Part shown: positions 37,099-46,826 of the stretch, in pieces
How the letters are laid out: the number at the start of each line of letters is the position of its first letter
Position numbering within the stretch: the stretch's first letter is position 1
IMG/VR virus record: IMGVR_UViG_3300037195_000370
Coordinates: 1-59,022 of that record
Length of the DNA: 59,022 nt
Direction: 5' to 3' (one strand)
Source: a virus
Lineage: Duplodnaviria > Caudoviricetes
The notes under the pieces: generated by a model
The model's input: only the letters and a program-made list of their open reading frames with translations
What the model was told of the DNA's origin: nothing
The model's database searches: none
Program-made: the position numbers and the translations under genes

Positions 37099-39502
37099 AA
37101 AATGGGGTCTCATGCTGCGCGTCCATGTCTAATTGGACAGGTTCTTCCCAATCAACTTTACCATGAGATCTTTCCCATGCCTCTCTGCATTGATCAAGAG
37201 TTCCAAAGTCATAGAACGACACTCTTCTAGAAACTCGACGAGATGACCCAAAGCCGTCATCTATGTCAACAGTCGCTCTTTTACGAACCTTCTGCAGATG
37301 TGGGCAAACTCTACTCAAGAACCTTCCAAGAGATGTCTCATTACCACGACGATTAAATCGCCATAGCTCCATGTATTTCACGAAGTCTTGAGTAAGCTTA
37401 TCTGTCGGAACAAATCGATTCCATTCATCGTCAGTATCTAGCAGGCGTCCCTCTTGCAATTTGTTGAACCACCACTCTTCATCATAATTCATGGAGAGCA
37501 ATTTCTGTTCTTGCAGAGCATCTGTCTGCGGGACTTTACGAACTTGAAAGTTGCTAATGTCTATTGATTGTAAGTAATAGAGTAGAGCCTCATAGCCCCC
37601 ATTTTCCATTTGGTCATTAAGACGACCAAAGAACTCTGCGTTCTGACGTTTGCCCTCTCCGACATTAAGCACGAAATATCTCCGTTCATCTCCGGTCGCA
37701 CGGATAACGTGGGGATCATTAGAAGCCATGATCATATGAACGAAGTTAGGTTGAGCTTCTACATCATAGCCCTTCTTCTCGATTGGCAGAATATCCTCAG
37801 TGATCAGCATCTTGAGAACGCTCTCATGGGACTTGTCTCCCGCAAAGAAAGCTTCGTCAGCAAACAGAACGCAACAATCTTGAAGATGGGCGTTGAAGTT
37901 TCCAACCAGATGTTTCGCATTTGCGATATGCAGGAAGTGTCTTCCAAACAATCTGCCAAATGTTCTTGCGAACCAGCCCTTACCTGTTCCTTTACCGCCT
38001 CGCAGAACGACAGCTACTTCACCAGCACTAGCAGGTTCCTGAACGGCTCTCGCCATCCAGTTGATTAGATATTCGTAATAAAACTGGTTTCCGTCACAGA
38101 TGTTCTCTTTGATATGCTGCAAATAGAGAGAGCAGTCACCGGGAATTGCTTCGTAAGCAAATCCCCTCCATAGATTATACACCCCTTCTTTCTCAATCAG
38201 AGGCATAAATCTCATATGGTCATACTGTCTCCTCATTGGGTGTTTCAGCCACCACTTGCCGAGTTCTTCAGTGACGTCTGCGCCTTCTTTAGTCGTGCCG
38301 ACCTTGATACGCTTGTTCATGTATCGTTGACGAATACTATCAAAGCTAGACATGGTCAATTTCGTCCGCTTGAAAGTCTGACCGTTATGCAGCTTGAGCT
38401 GATCGTCAACCTCTTCTATGACCGCAGTCTTACCTCCGATGTTGCCGATTACTGCGTGTCTGTCATTCATCATTAGTAGATCTGGATCTTCGCTGTATTG
38501 CTTCGCTCTCGCAATTTGTCTGCGAGCATATCTGTCAGCGCCAGACTTTAGCTCAAGAACACTGGAAGAAATAGCCCATCCTGGATCTGTTAGAATACTG
38601 TAGATCACTGAGTCTGGAACACCGTGGCGAGCAAGAGAACAGCAGCAATCAAAAACCCAAGCGGAACGAGAATTGTCCTTCGCCTTGGGTTGATCAGGAT
38701 GGTGTCCTTGGGCGATGATAATTTTCACACGATCAGGAACAGACCACTCGTCAAGCTCGCTTAGATCTTGAATGCGTTCAATGTTACCTACGTCGATATC
38801 TACTTCTGATGTTTCGCCGCCATCCATCATTGACCCAGATGACTGAACACCTGCGGCCTTCTTGAACTCAGAAATATCATAAACTCTTGAGCTATCAAAC
38901 TCAAGAAGTTTTGCCTCTACCTCCTTACGACCCTTCTTTCTCTTTTGAGGATTCGGTATGTTTATTGTCCCAGGAAGACGGGCGATCCGATCTACGTTGA
39001 AGCAGTGATCGCCTCCGAAAACCTGCTCAAGACGTTTGTTGTAGAGTTCGAAGTCTTCCCACTTGGACTCTGTTCCTTCAATAAGAACAGGCTTTTTCAG
39101 CTTCCAGAAACCCCAATAGCCATTTCCTGAGAAGACAATCGCTGTCGGCTTCGGCATACCTTTCGGCAGCTTGTCGGTAAGCGAAGACAGAAGCATGTCT
39201 AGATCATGTTCAAGACCTTCTTCATCGGTAGCAGAGCTATCGATGTCGACATGAAGCCACCCAGCTTGATAGATATCTGTCTTAGACGGTTTTGTGTCGA
39301 TTTCCCTATTAGTTTCGTTTACTAGAAAGTAGAGATTTCTTTTACCGTTCTCTTTCTCTATGAACTCATAGGCTTCTTTCTCTTCCGTAAATGTGCGGAA
39401 CGTTACTGCTTTTCTGTCAGTAGCAATCGCACCCAAAGTCCAAGGACCATTAGGGTTGAATTTCTTGAGGAAGCTGACTGCATGTTCACTATTTCCTTTC
39501 AT
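37097..39502 (-). CDS. DNA primase-helicase (RepB-like primase plus SF3-type helicase)
   Basis: LHVDID, FSGNGYWGFW and RIARLPGT in the primase part; GGKGTGKG Walker A, FADEA and MASN in the helicase part. Confidence 0.9.
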   Translation of the reverse strand: MKGNSEHAVSFLKKFNPNGPWTLGAIATDRKAVTFRTFTEEKEAYEFIEKENGKRNLYFLVNETNREIDTKPSKTDIYQAGWLHVDIDSSATDEEGLEHDLDMLLSSLTDKLPKGMPKPTAIVFSGNGYWGFWKLKKPVLIEGTESKWEDFELYNKRLEQVFGGDHCFNVDRIARLPGTINIPNPQKRKKGRKEVEAKLLEFDSSRVYDISEFKKAAGVQSSGSMMDGGETSEVDIDVGNIERIQDLSELDEWSVPDRVKIIIAQGHHPDQPKAKDNSRSAWVFDCCCSLARHGVPDSVIYSILTDPGWAISSSVLELKSGADRYARRQIARAKQYSEDPDLLMMNDRHAVIGNIGGKTAVIEEVDDQLKLHNGQTFKRTKLTMSSFDSIRQRYMNKRIKVGTTKEGADVTEELGKWWLKHPMRRQYDHMRFMPLIEKEGVYNLWRGFAYEAIPGDCSLYLQHIKENICDGNQFYYEYLINWMARAVQEPASAGEVAVVLRGGKGTGKGWFARTFGRLFGRHFLHIANAKHLVGNFNAHLQDCCVLFADEAFFAGDKSHESVLKMLITEDILPIEKKGYDVEAQPNFVHMIMASNDPHVIRATGDERRYFVLNVGEGKRQNAEFFGRLNDQMENGGYEALLYYLQSIDISNFQVRKVPQTDALQEQKLLSMNYDEEWWFNKLQEGRLLDTDDEWNRFVPTDKLTQDFVKYMELWRFNRRGNETSLGRFLSRVCPHLQKVRKRATVDIDDGFGSSRRVSRRVSFYDFGTLDQCREAWERSHGKVDWEEPVQLDMDAQHETPF

Positions 39503-39920
39503 CTTCTCCCCAATACCTCACCAGTAGGTTAGGACTGACCTTACCTTTTTCCATCATGTTATACCAGTATCTGGAGATACCAGCATCTTCGGCACATTCG
39601 TTTATTGTCCACCCCGAGCGTTTCCTAAGAATGAGACAAATCTCGTTTGCTTCCAACTCTCCAATGAAAGGGATCTCTGTTAGTCGAATTTCTCTCTTAC
39701 CGTTTTCAACTTCCTTATAGAAATTCCAACTCATGCTTAGATAAGGGGCAGCTTCTTTCTGGGTGAAACCTTTACGCTTTCTCCAGATTAGCAGCTTCTC
39801 ACCAAGAGTTAGATCTGATACGGTGATTTCAGGAATTCGCACAATTCCTTCTGAGGTAGTGATTTTTCGAAAACTTTTAGAGACCATTGATACATTTCCG
39901 GTCGAGTCATATTGTCCCAT
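39489..39920 (-). CDS. Tandem Xre-HTH transcriptional regulator
   Basis: Two HTHs (RKRKGFTQKEAA; RKRSGWTINECA); the true start may be further downstream. Confidence 0.75.
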   Translation of the reverse strand: MGQYDSTGNVSMVSKSFRKITTSEGIVRIPEITVSDLTLGEKLLIWRKRKGFTQKEAAPYLSMSWNFYKEVENGKREIRLTEIPFIGELEANEICLILRKRSGWTINECAEDAGISRYWYNMMEKGKVSPNLLVRYWGEDERK

Positions 39921-40234
39921 AAATTATTCACTTTCAGCGTAGTAGCGGAGAAAAAGAACCATGTGCTGCTGACTTTGCAACATACTAGCGAAATGCCTCC
40001 GCGTTTCTCTCTTCTATACCCCCACACCTGCTGTTCTTTGGTCCAAGCATGAGGAAATCTCACAGGATTTGCTTCTGCTCCCTTGGGCCAAGCTTTCAGG
40101 GCTTTACATTCTATCCATCCATGCGTATAGTTGACATCAGGTATGCCTAGACCAGTCATTGGAGACTCAATGGAAACTGCGTCTAGTGAAGACGCTCGTT
40201 TTATAAGCGTCCCCTTCATGCTGTTTTCTGACAA
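39809..40234 (-). CDS. VRR-NUC / Holliday junction resolvase-like nuclease
   Basis: GIPDVNY...WIECK PD-(D/E)xK motif; EQQVW...GG. Confidence 0.75.
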   Translation of the reverse strand: MSENSMKGTLIKRASSLDAVSIESPMTGLGIPDVNYTHGWIECKALKAWPKGAEANPVRFPHAWTKEQQVWGYRREKRGGISLVCCKVSSTWFFFSATTLKVNNLWDNMTRPEMYQWSLKVFEKSLPQKELCEFLKSPYQI

Positions 40235-40280
40235 GAGAACTCTCCAGGATAGTTGGCTTTTAGTTTAGCCTGTCTGAAGG

Positions 40281-40754
40281 TTAGGGACAACCCTCAAGAA
40301 TTGGCATGATTGGTCCTCTTTTCTGCTCTTGATACTTTCCCTCATAGCCATCTGTTGCTTCGTCAACAAAGTGGAATATGATTTGGGCGATAGGCATTTC
40401 TCGTTGAATGATGATTTCTCTATCACTATGATTTGTTAGCTCAAGAGTGAGAAAACCTTTCCATCCTGGCTCAATGACGGTGTTCTGAACTGCAAGACCG
40501 AACCTAGCCCAAGTGGACTTGTCGTGGACAATTCCGAGAACATTGTTCGGCATATTGAATTGTTCGATTGTAGACGCCAGTCTGAATTCTCCAGGTTCAA
40601 GAGAAATCTGTGGGATCTCACCCCTCTCGTCGAATTCAACTCGCACATCGTATCCCGCTGGTCCGCAACCGAAAGTCATGCCCTTGTGCCGGGTCCGCCC
40701 GTAGAACGGGTTCATGATGTCAAGTCTCTGGATGGTCTTACCGCTTAAGATCAT
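40281..40754 (-). CDS. dcd: dCTP deaminase
   Basis: Start MILSGK; AGYDVR, HDKSTWAR, VIEPGWKGFLTLEL and YEGKYQ motifs. Confidence 0.9.
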   Translation of the reverse strand: MILSGKTIQRLDIMNPFYGRTRHKGMTFGCGPAGYDVRVEFDERGEIPQISLEPGEFRLASTIEQFNMPNNVLGIVHDKSTWARFGLAVQNTVIEPGWKGFLTLELTNHSDREIIIQREMPIAQIIFHFVDEATDGYEGKYQEQKRGPIMPILEGCP

Positions 40755-40917
40755 TTGCGCATCTCTCGCATCTGTGAATGTTGTATCCATAGAAACGCCA
40801 GCCTTCTGCTTCCGCATCTTCCCACGCTTGGTAGAAGTCTTGCGTCTCGTCTCCGGTTTGATCTCCGCAGTCGTCACACTCGAATATCTTACCATTCTTT
40901 CCATTCAGAGCAGCCAT
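40738..40917 (-). CDS. Small Zn-finger protein
   Basis: CDDC...GW...HRCERC; GGAGG SD. Confidence 0.65.
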   Translation of the reverse strand: MAALNGKNGKIFECDDCGDQTGDETQDFYQAWEDAEAEGWRFYGYNIHRCERCANDLKR

Positions 40918-40918
40918 C

Positions 40919-41641
40919 TCACCCTCCGATCTTGATGTAGGTTGCCAGTGTCTGCCACAAGCTCTCGTTGTGGAGCCGGGGCGGAACTTCTGCTTCGAAT
41001 CCATTGTTCAGCATCATGTCGTGCAGGTCTTGGGCTTTCTTCAAGCCGAACCCGTTGATGTGGATTTCCAGCGCGACTTGACGCAGATCAGGATACGCAG
41101 CGATCAGCGTCTCCATGAACTCGAACTCCGCACCCTCGCAATCGATCTTAGCGACGTCGATCACCGGATGCTTGTTCTTCAGAGTGGCGACCGACATGAA
41201 GCTGATCGACACTTCCACCCGGCCACGTCGCGGCGTCGTGCTGGAATTACCGGGATTCTTGCCTGTTTTGCTGAGATACAGCACACCGTCACCGTCCTGG
41301 CTCGAAGTCAACGCCTTGTTGTGAAGTGTAGTATTCTCTTCATCTTTCATGTTCAGCGAAAGCATGTTGAAGTTGTTTACTTCCGGCTCCAGCGAAATGA
41401 CGTGCATCGCACCTTTGTCCACAGCCCAGCGGGTGAAGCAGCCGATGTTCGCGCCGATGTCTAGCACGACCCTTCCTTCCACGTCCAGCTTGCCATAGCT
41501 GCGATTGATCTCTTTTGAGACATATTCATCATAGGTGTTGTTTCTACACCAGATAGGCTGTGTGAAACCTTTTGATGTCACTTGATACAGTGAACGTTCT
41601 TCGAACTCACCATCAACAAGGACTCCGTATTGTTCAGACAT
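40919..41641 (-). CDS. FkbM-family SAM-dependent methyltransferase
   Basis: VLDIGANIG, SLEP and KIDCEGAE motifs. Confidence 0.9.
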   Translation of the reverse strand: MSEQYGVLVDGEFEERSLYQVTSKGFTQPIWCRNNTYDEYVSKEINRSYGKLDVEGRVVLDIGANIGCFTRWAVDKGAMHVISLEPEVNNFNMLSLNMKDEENTTLHNKALTSSQDGDGVLYLSKTGKNPGNSSTTPRRGRVEVSISFMSVATLKNKHPVIDVAKIDCEGAEFEFMETLIAAYPDLRQVALEIHINGFGLKKAQDLHDMMLNNGFEAEVPPRLHNESLWQTLATYIKIGG

Positions 41642-42083
41642 TTCGTCTCTCCTTTCTTTGTTCCATTGTATCGTTTAGAACTCTGTCCATGATATTATCA
41701 CTCTTAGTTGACCACATCACATGTCTCGGATTTATACATTTCTTATTGTCACAGAGATGTGAAGCTTCTGCATTCTTAGTTGATTTCTTTCCAGTCGCTA
41801 CAATCCTATGAACATATTCTGATCCTGTCCAGGCATATCCAGCACAAAGGCCGAAAGGCCATTCTACACAATCATCAGTATCACTATGAATGGCTTCATT
41901 AATGAATCTATGAATCTCTTCTTTCGTTGCATATTTCTTAGTCTCATGAAGTGGATCTCCATGCCTCATGAATTTATTGTAGTGGGATAGACACATTTGT
42001 CTTTTCTTGTTGACGATAGGTCTATCACATCCATTTACTGAACATTTATTCCACACTTTTGATTTCACCCCAGCTAGGTCCAA
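41634..42083 (-). CDS. HNH (His-Cys box-like) endonuclease
   Basis: CSVNGC..CLSHY, CVEW, VHR, ASHLCDNKKCINPRH...N. Confidence 0.85.
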   Translation of the reverse strand: MDLAGVKSKVWNKCSVNGCDRPIVNKKRQMCLSHYNKFMRHGDPLHETKKYATKEEIHRFINEAIHSDTDDCVEWPFGLCAGYAWTGSEYVHRIVATGKKSTKNAEASHLCDNKKCINPRHVMWSTKSDNIMDRVLNDTMEQRKERRNV

Positions 42084-44124
42084 CTTCTGTATCGACTCTG
42101 AAGGGCACCCAGAGCTTGCCTGGATACGCGTCGATGATACAGTCTCTCATGATGTTGCCAGCTTCTTTCGCTTCGGCAACAGTAGAATAGCTTCCGTTAG
42201 TATCGTCATGAACCTGCAACTGGATGAAATGCCCAGCACGATCAAGTTCACAGATAGCAAGCTTTGTCTGGTCAGCAGATGAGCCTTGGATTACACGATT
42301 GAGAGCTTTGTGTGTGAAATCGTAAGATCCATCTTCACGACGTTCAAAGTTGAGCCTTCTACCGAGAATAGTTTTTACGAAACCGATAGCTTTAGCTCTT
42401 TCAGTAGCTGCTTTCGCAAGTTCTCGGACATATGGAACTTCGCTATCAAAATTGTCTAAGATCTCTTGTCCTTCTTCACCAGCCATTTCTCGCACGAAGC
42501 CTTTCTGGATTTCCATGCGATAAGACATGGCCTCTCTTTGGGTTTCGAAGAACTCCATCCTGCGATCTTTACCCCATCCATAGGTCACAGCCCAACGAGT
42601 AGGCTTACCGATGTCGCGGCATAGCTTGGCTCCACCTTCACCATAACACAACCCAAGAAAGATGTTCTTGGAGTAACCACGGTGAACCTTGTAGGCTCCT
42701 TTCGGATCATTCTTGAACCACTCATCTACCTGCTTATCACCATAGACCAGCCGGGTCATCATGTCGTGGTTATCTGTGCTGGGATCGTTCTGATATCTCA
42801 GAGCTGCTTCTCTTGCTCTGGGCAAATCCAAAACCGCAGCAAAATGAGTTGTCCATCTTGGTTCTTGCTGCGAATAGTCATTACAGCCCCACAGAGCGTC
42901 TTCCTCAGGGATAAAGATCTTGCGCCACTCGCCAGCAATTTCAGGGTCTCTATCAGGACTAGGCTGCTGCTGAAGGTTCGGATCAGCAGCGGACAGTCTT
43001 CCGAATCGGACACCAACAGTGTCACCGGAGGAGTCAGACATCGCCATTTGCCTAAATGAGCAATGAAGTCTTTCTCCAACAGCATACTTTCTGATAGAAG
43101 CCGCAAATGTCGTTCGTAGTTTGTTGACTTTTCTGGCTCTGAGGATTGCTTGCGGGACGACATGATCACTACCTCCTAGCAAATCTCTATCGATTGATGG
43201 GGCACCAGTTGCAGTCTTAGGCAGCCTCATACCGATAGCTTCTAAAGCAGGAGCAAGAGCACCGGGCTTCCACACTTCCCCAAATCCAATTTGGACGCCG
43301 GTCTCTCGTTTGATCAAGTCAAGAGCCTTACGTTCCTCAGACTCAGCCCACTTTTCAATCCGTTCTAGTTTATCAAAATCAATCCTGACGCCACGCCGTC
43401 TCATTCTAACTAGAACTGGTATAACTCTGCTTTCTAGTTCCCAGATTTGTTGTAGCCCATCTCTTTCAATTATCTCTTCTTGTCTTTTTAAGATCTCTAG
43501 GGGAGATGCTACATCCTGCTCCCCATATTTTCCGACATACCGCCCCGGTAGTCTCCAGAGACCCTTCTTTGGATCAAGACCGAAAGCTCTCGCAGCTTCC
43601 AAAAGTGTGGATTCGTCTTTAGCCTCGATACCATATCGTTTTCCAATTGCATCAAGGGAGTAGCTTCGATGAAGTTCGTAGATGAGGGGGTCAGCAATTT
43701 GAATGTCGCGGAACTTCGCATCTTGGTTCCATTCAAATCCATCGTTGTATCCATAATCAATATCGTAGGCGAGGTTGGCTCCCACGAACTCTCGATCAAA
43801 TCCTTTAATTTGTTCTCTAAGGTATCGGAGAACCATTTCGCAGTCGAGGTTATCGCCTCCTTCATGGCGGATCGGGAGATAGTGTCTAGGACCTCCTTCA
43901 ATGGCAAATGACCATCCGACAGTATATCCGTCGCGAAGAGATCCAGGTCCCAACTTCGCACCAATACTCGGGTCTCTGGTTTCGGCATCAATCGCAATCC
44001 TTTTAGCGTCCTTCCACGATGGAAGGTCAGAAAGTGACGGTGGACGCCACTCCGCCTCAGGCATAAAGAACCCAAGCTGGAGAGCGCCACCGTTATTCGG
44101 GTCTGATTTCTTTCGTGCTGCCAT
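42046..44124 (-). CDS. polA: DNA polymerase, family A, with 3'-5' exonuclease
   Basis: IDAET, DYSQQEPR, KNIFLGLCYG, IQGSSADQ and VHDD; start re-called at MAARKK. Confidence 0.95.
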   Translation of the reverse strand: MAARKKSDPNNGGALQLGFFMPEAEWRPPSLSDLPSWKDAKRIAIDAETRDPSIGAKLGPGSLRDGYTVGWSFAIEGGPRHYLPIRHEGGDNLDCEMVLRYLREQIKGFDREFVGANLAYDIDYGYNDGFEWNQDAKFRDIQIADPLIYELHRSYSLDAIGKRYGIEAKDESTLLEAARAFGLDPKKGLWRLPGRYVGKYGEQDVASPLEILKRQEEIIERDGLQQIWELESRVIPVLVRMRRRGVRIDFDKLERIEKWAESEERKALDLIKRETGVQIGFGEVWKPGALAPALEAIGMRLPKTATGAPSIDRDLLGGSDHVVPQAILRARKVNKLRTTFAASIRKYAVGERLHCSFRQMAMSDSSGDTVGVRFGRLSAADPNLQQQPSPDRDPEIAGEWRKIFIPEEDALWGCNDYSQQEPRWTTHFAAVLDLPRAREAALRYQNDPSTDNHDMMTRLVYGDKQVDEWFKNDPKGAYKVHRGYSKNIFLGLCYGEGGAKLCRDIGKPTRWAVTYGWGKDRRMEFFETQREAMSYRMEIQKGFVREMAGEEGQEILDNFDSEVPYVRELAKAATERAKAIGFVKTILGRRLNFERREDGSYDFTHKALNRVIQGSSADQTKLAICELDRAGHFIQLQVHDDTNGSYSTVAEAKEAGNIMRDCIIDAYPGKLWVPFRVDTEVGPSWGEIKSVE

Positions 44125-44600
44125 CAGGCGTATTCTCCACAACCACGACCCGTCTTGCTGCTGTCGGTCGGCGAGGTGAAATCCTGCCACGACACCCAGC
44201 CCTTCGGACACTGGAAGCCCCAGTCCCGAACCTTCGGCCCGGTAGCGAACAGCGAGATCGCACGCTGACCGGGGATCACCTCCAGACGATGCAGGTCGGT
44301 AGGCTTGCGGTGAACGATATCACCAGCCTTCCGCTCAAACACACCTTCCGGCGTATGTTCAATATAGCCGCCGGACAGAAGGAGCGACGTGTTCTCCCAC
44401 GGATGGTCGTGCATGGCACGGTCGTCGTCGCTCTTGCGAATGTCGTGGAGATACAGGTTGTAGAGTTGGTTTCTCGGGATGACCCACCACCGGAGCAAGT
44501 AGTGGTCGCCGATAATGAAGTCCGGATCACGGCCTGCCATCAGGTCTTCTGCCCAAGCAGCCATGTCCTCAAGGGATGCGTGACCGAGATCAAGGCTCAT
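44124..44600 (-). CDS. Cupin-like protein
   Basis: YLH...DDDRAMHDHPW...GGYIE...LHRLE metal-binding cupin pattern. Confidence 0.7.
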   Translation of the reverse strand: MSLDLGHASLEDMAAWAEDLMAGRDPDFIIGDHYLLRWWVIPRNQLYNLYLHDIRKSDDDRAMHDHPWENTSLLLSGGYIEHTPEGVFERKAGDIVHRKPTDLHRLEVIPGQRAISLFATGPKVRDWGFQCPKGWVSWQDFTSPTDSSKTGRGCGEYA

Positions 44601-45253
44601 TATTCGTCTCCTTCGTAGCCAAACGGGGCGGGATGGTTGATACCGCCGACCTCTCTGGACGCGCTGGATGCCGCGCCCTGCCCTACCATACCACCAGCAC
44701 GTCCAGGGACGTCCTGTTTTGGTCCAGCAGCGGGCCTTGGCGGTGGGCAGTAGGGGTTAGGGGCATTAAGGTCAAACCCCGCCTCCTGCGCCATTTTAGC
44801 GGTCCTAATAAGGTTAGCCAACCTCTCCTTTGCTAGCTCAATCATTGACAAAGGACATTGACCAATCAAGATTTCAAAAATACCACGCTCGTCTCCGAAC
44901 AAACCGAGAGTTTCAACAATGCGATCAGTGCAAGAACGTATTGTGTATCCTTTTCCATGATTGAAAATGTATTCAGGTCTCCTCATTCTAACTGCTATCA
45001 TTTTGTCTAGATAGCTCATGGCCTTGTTCAAATCTTCAATTCCATGTTTCTTACGCCAACGAGAAACATATTTCGTGCAATTTCCAACGAGATAGTGTAG
45101 CTGACAATCAATGACCCAGTCCCAATGTTGATATTCGGCCTGATAGTGGTCTCCTCCTTCTTGGGCTACATAGGCGCGACAATCGCAGGTAGCTCCATCC
45201 CAAAGCTCTTTTCCACACCGATTACACCGTTTTACATCACGATCATGGCTCAT
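44600..45253 (-). CDS. DUF3310 (T7 gp1.7-like nucleotide kinase family) protein
   Basis: GGDHY...GNCTKYVSRWRKKHGIEDLNKA. Confidence 0.8.
   Translation of the reverse strand: MSHDRDVKRCNRCGKELWDGATCDCRAYVAQEGGDHYQAEYQHWDWVIDCQLHYLVGNCTKYVSRWRKKHGIEDLNKAMSYLDKMIAVRMRRPEYIFNHGKGYTIRSCTDRIVETLGLFGDERGIFEILIGQCPLSMIELAKERLANLIRTAKMAQEAGFDLNAPNPYCPPPRPAAGPKQDVPGRAGGMVGQGAASSASREVGGINHPAPFGYEGDE
44651..44716. repeat. Dispersed GC-rich element inside a CDS
   Basis: ctggacgcgctgg-N26-ccagcacgtccag inverted arms with a CTACCATACCA core. Confidence 0.7.
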
Positions 45254-45840
45254 GATACATCTCCCAGATCCGGCATAAAGGACCAGTCATGATTGGAGCT
45301 TTCCCAATAAGTATCCAAGATCTTAGGGTGAAACTTCTCACCGTTTTTCTTGATATACTTATGAATACGATCAAGCATGACTTCAAGATTACGATTTCCA
45401 ATATGGATTTGATCTCGGCAGAATAGCGCAAGCTCTAAGATATCGAGACCGTGAAGCCACTTTTTCTCAATTTCGTTGAGAGCAGAACCGTGATCATAAT
45501 TGATGGTATCAATCAAAATGTCACTCTCAAGATCTGATAAACTCTCACTGTCAATTAAATTCAGCCATTTGGCAGGAGCGGGAATATCACCAGTCAGCCT
45601 TTCTGGAATATCATGCTCAATGATAGCCCAAACGAGAAACAGGCTCGCTTCTGGCCAAAGGACTCTCAGCATTGAAAGCATGTTGAACTTGTGAATAGCC
45701 AAGTTGTATTCACCAACGATAGGAATAGTGTGACAGCGACGAACTGCACCTGCCTCCCTCATGAATTTGATTTTCTCAATCGAACTCACAGCATGTTCAT
45801 AAGTCTTCATTTGCTTCTCCTGATCAGCCATTCCACACAA
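45250..45840 (-). CDS. HD-domain 5'-deoxynucleotidase (YfbR-like)
   Basis: VRRCHT, AIH, HDIPERLTGDIPAPAK and LDILE. Confidence 0.85.
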   Translation of the reverse strand: MCGMADQEKQMKTYEHAVSSIEKIKFMREAGAVRRCHTIPIVGEYNLAIHKFNMLSMLRVLWPEASLFLVWAIIEHDIPERLTGDIPAPAKWLNLIDSESLSDLESDILIDTINYDHGSALNEIEKKWLHGLDILELALFCRDQIHIGNRNLEVMLDRIHKYIKKNGEKFHPKILDTYWESSNHDWSFMPDLGDVS

Positions 45841-46826
45841 GCTTTCCTCCAGTCTTCAGCAGCGATCTTCTCTGCCAACTTCAGCGCATTTTCTGCATGA
45901 TTAGGGTTCTCGCGATCTTTCCATGCCATCCAAGATTGAAACATTGGTGAAGCAACTTTCTTGAAGAACACATCTTTGAAGCCCATTACTGGACCAACTT
46001 CCATGAACATTTCTAGATCTTGGAACCATTCGTCAATAGGTGAGTTCACAACTTTAAAAGGTCTTACGTTTCCAAGAGAATAGTCATCGAACCCAGGACT
46101 GATTTTGAGTAGATCGGAATGCTTCTTCAGTATGTTGTGATAGGCATGGAAATTCGTGCTTACCTGCCAATATCTCCCGATTGGAACTCCGACCCAAGCC
46201 GCCATCACCTCTTGGAGCATGGAAAAGTGAACTGCATTCGCACCATAGGCACCCCAGATCATATCGTTTGATCTGTTGAATACCGTCATGTCCAGAAAGT
46301 TGTATGGACTGATGCGAAATGTCGCGATCAAGTTGCAGGGGAAGTCTTTTCCTTCCATTCCGAGATCTGCAGAAGTATCCCACATTTGCAACACGACTCG
46401 TCTGTCGTCAGGGTTCATTTTGAGAAGTGAAGCAATCGTAGTGAGCTGATCAACGACGACATCCTTATATTGATAATCTCCTATGGCTGGAGAAAACCAG
46501 TTTCTCCAACGATAACCGTAGGCCCCATGAAACGTGACGCCGTCATCGCTGTAGTTCATTATGTTCGTGGAAAACTGGCTGATCCACTCTACATCTCGTC
46601 TGCCAGATAGCATCCACAAACTTTCCATGAAATGGAAGTATGGATTAGCATCCCTTTCTGGGAAGAACACCACCCTTTCTTCGGGTTCTTGATAAACAGT
46701 TGTCACAGGTTCTGGGAATACCCGAACCATACCATTTCGTGAGTCACGGTCCACACCTTCTTCTTGCAGAGCATTAAGCCCAAGAAGGAGAGCTTCGTTC
46801 ACATTGCGCGCAGATATGACTTTCAT
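45807..46826 (-). CDS. dUMP hydroxymethylase (thymidylate synthase superfamily)
   Basis: RDANPYFH, DFPCN catalytic Cys and RSNDMIWGAYGANAVHFS; Asn at the specificity position indicates dUMP. Confidence 0.88.
   Translation of the reverse strand: MKVISARNVNEALLLGLNALQEEGVDRDSRNGMVRVFPEPVTTVYQEPEERVVFFPERDANPYFHFMESLWMLSGRRDVEWISQFSTNIMNYSDDGVTFHGAYGYRWRNWFSPAIGDYQYKDVVVDQLTTIASLLKMNPDDRRVVLQMWDTSADLGMEGKDFPCNLIATFRISPYNFLDMTVFNRSNDMIWGAYGANAVHFSMLQEVMAAWVGVPIGRYWQVSTNFHAYHNILKKHSDLLKISPGFDDYSLGNVRPFKVVNSPIDEWFQDLEMFMEVGPVMGFKDVFFKKVASPMFQSWMAWKDRENPNHAENALKLAEKIAAEDWRKACVEWLIRRSK

Noticed and set aside
41634-42083. HNH genes (also 56607..57062) as intron-encoded elements
   Set aside because: Neighbouring polA and helicase genes appear complete and uninterrupted, so these are free-standing HNH genes, common in phages.
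45807-46826. Ordinary ThyA or dCMP hydroxymethylase
   Set aside because: RSNDMIWGAYGAN has Asn rather than the Asp of dCMP enzymes, and both the motif and the aGPT-Pplase context fit dUMP hydroxymethylases.
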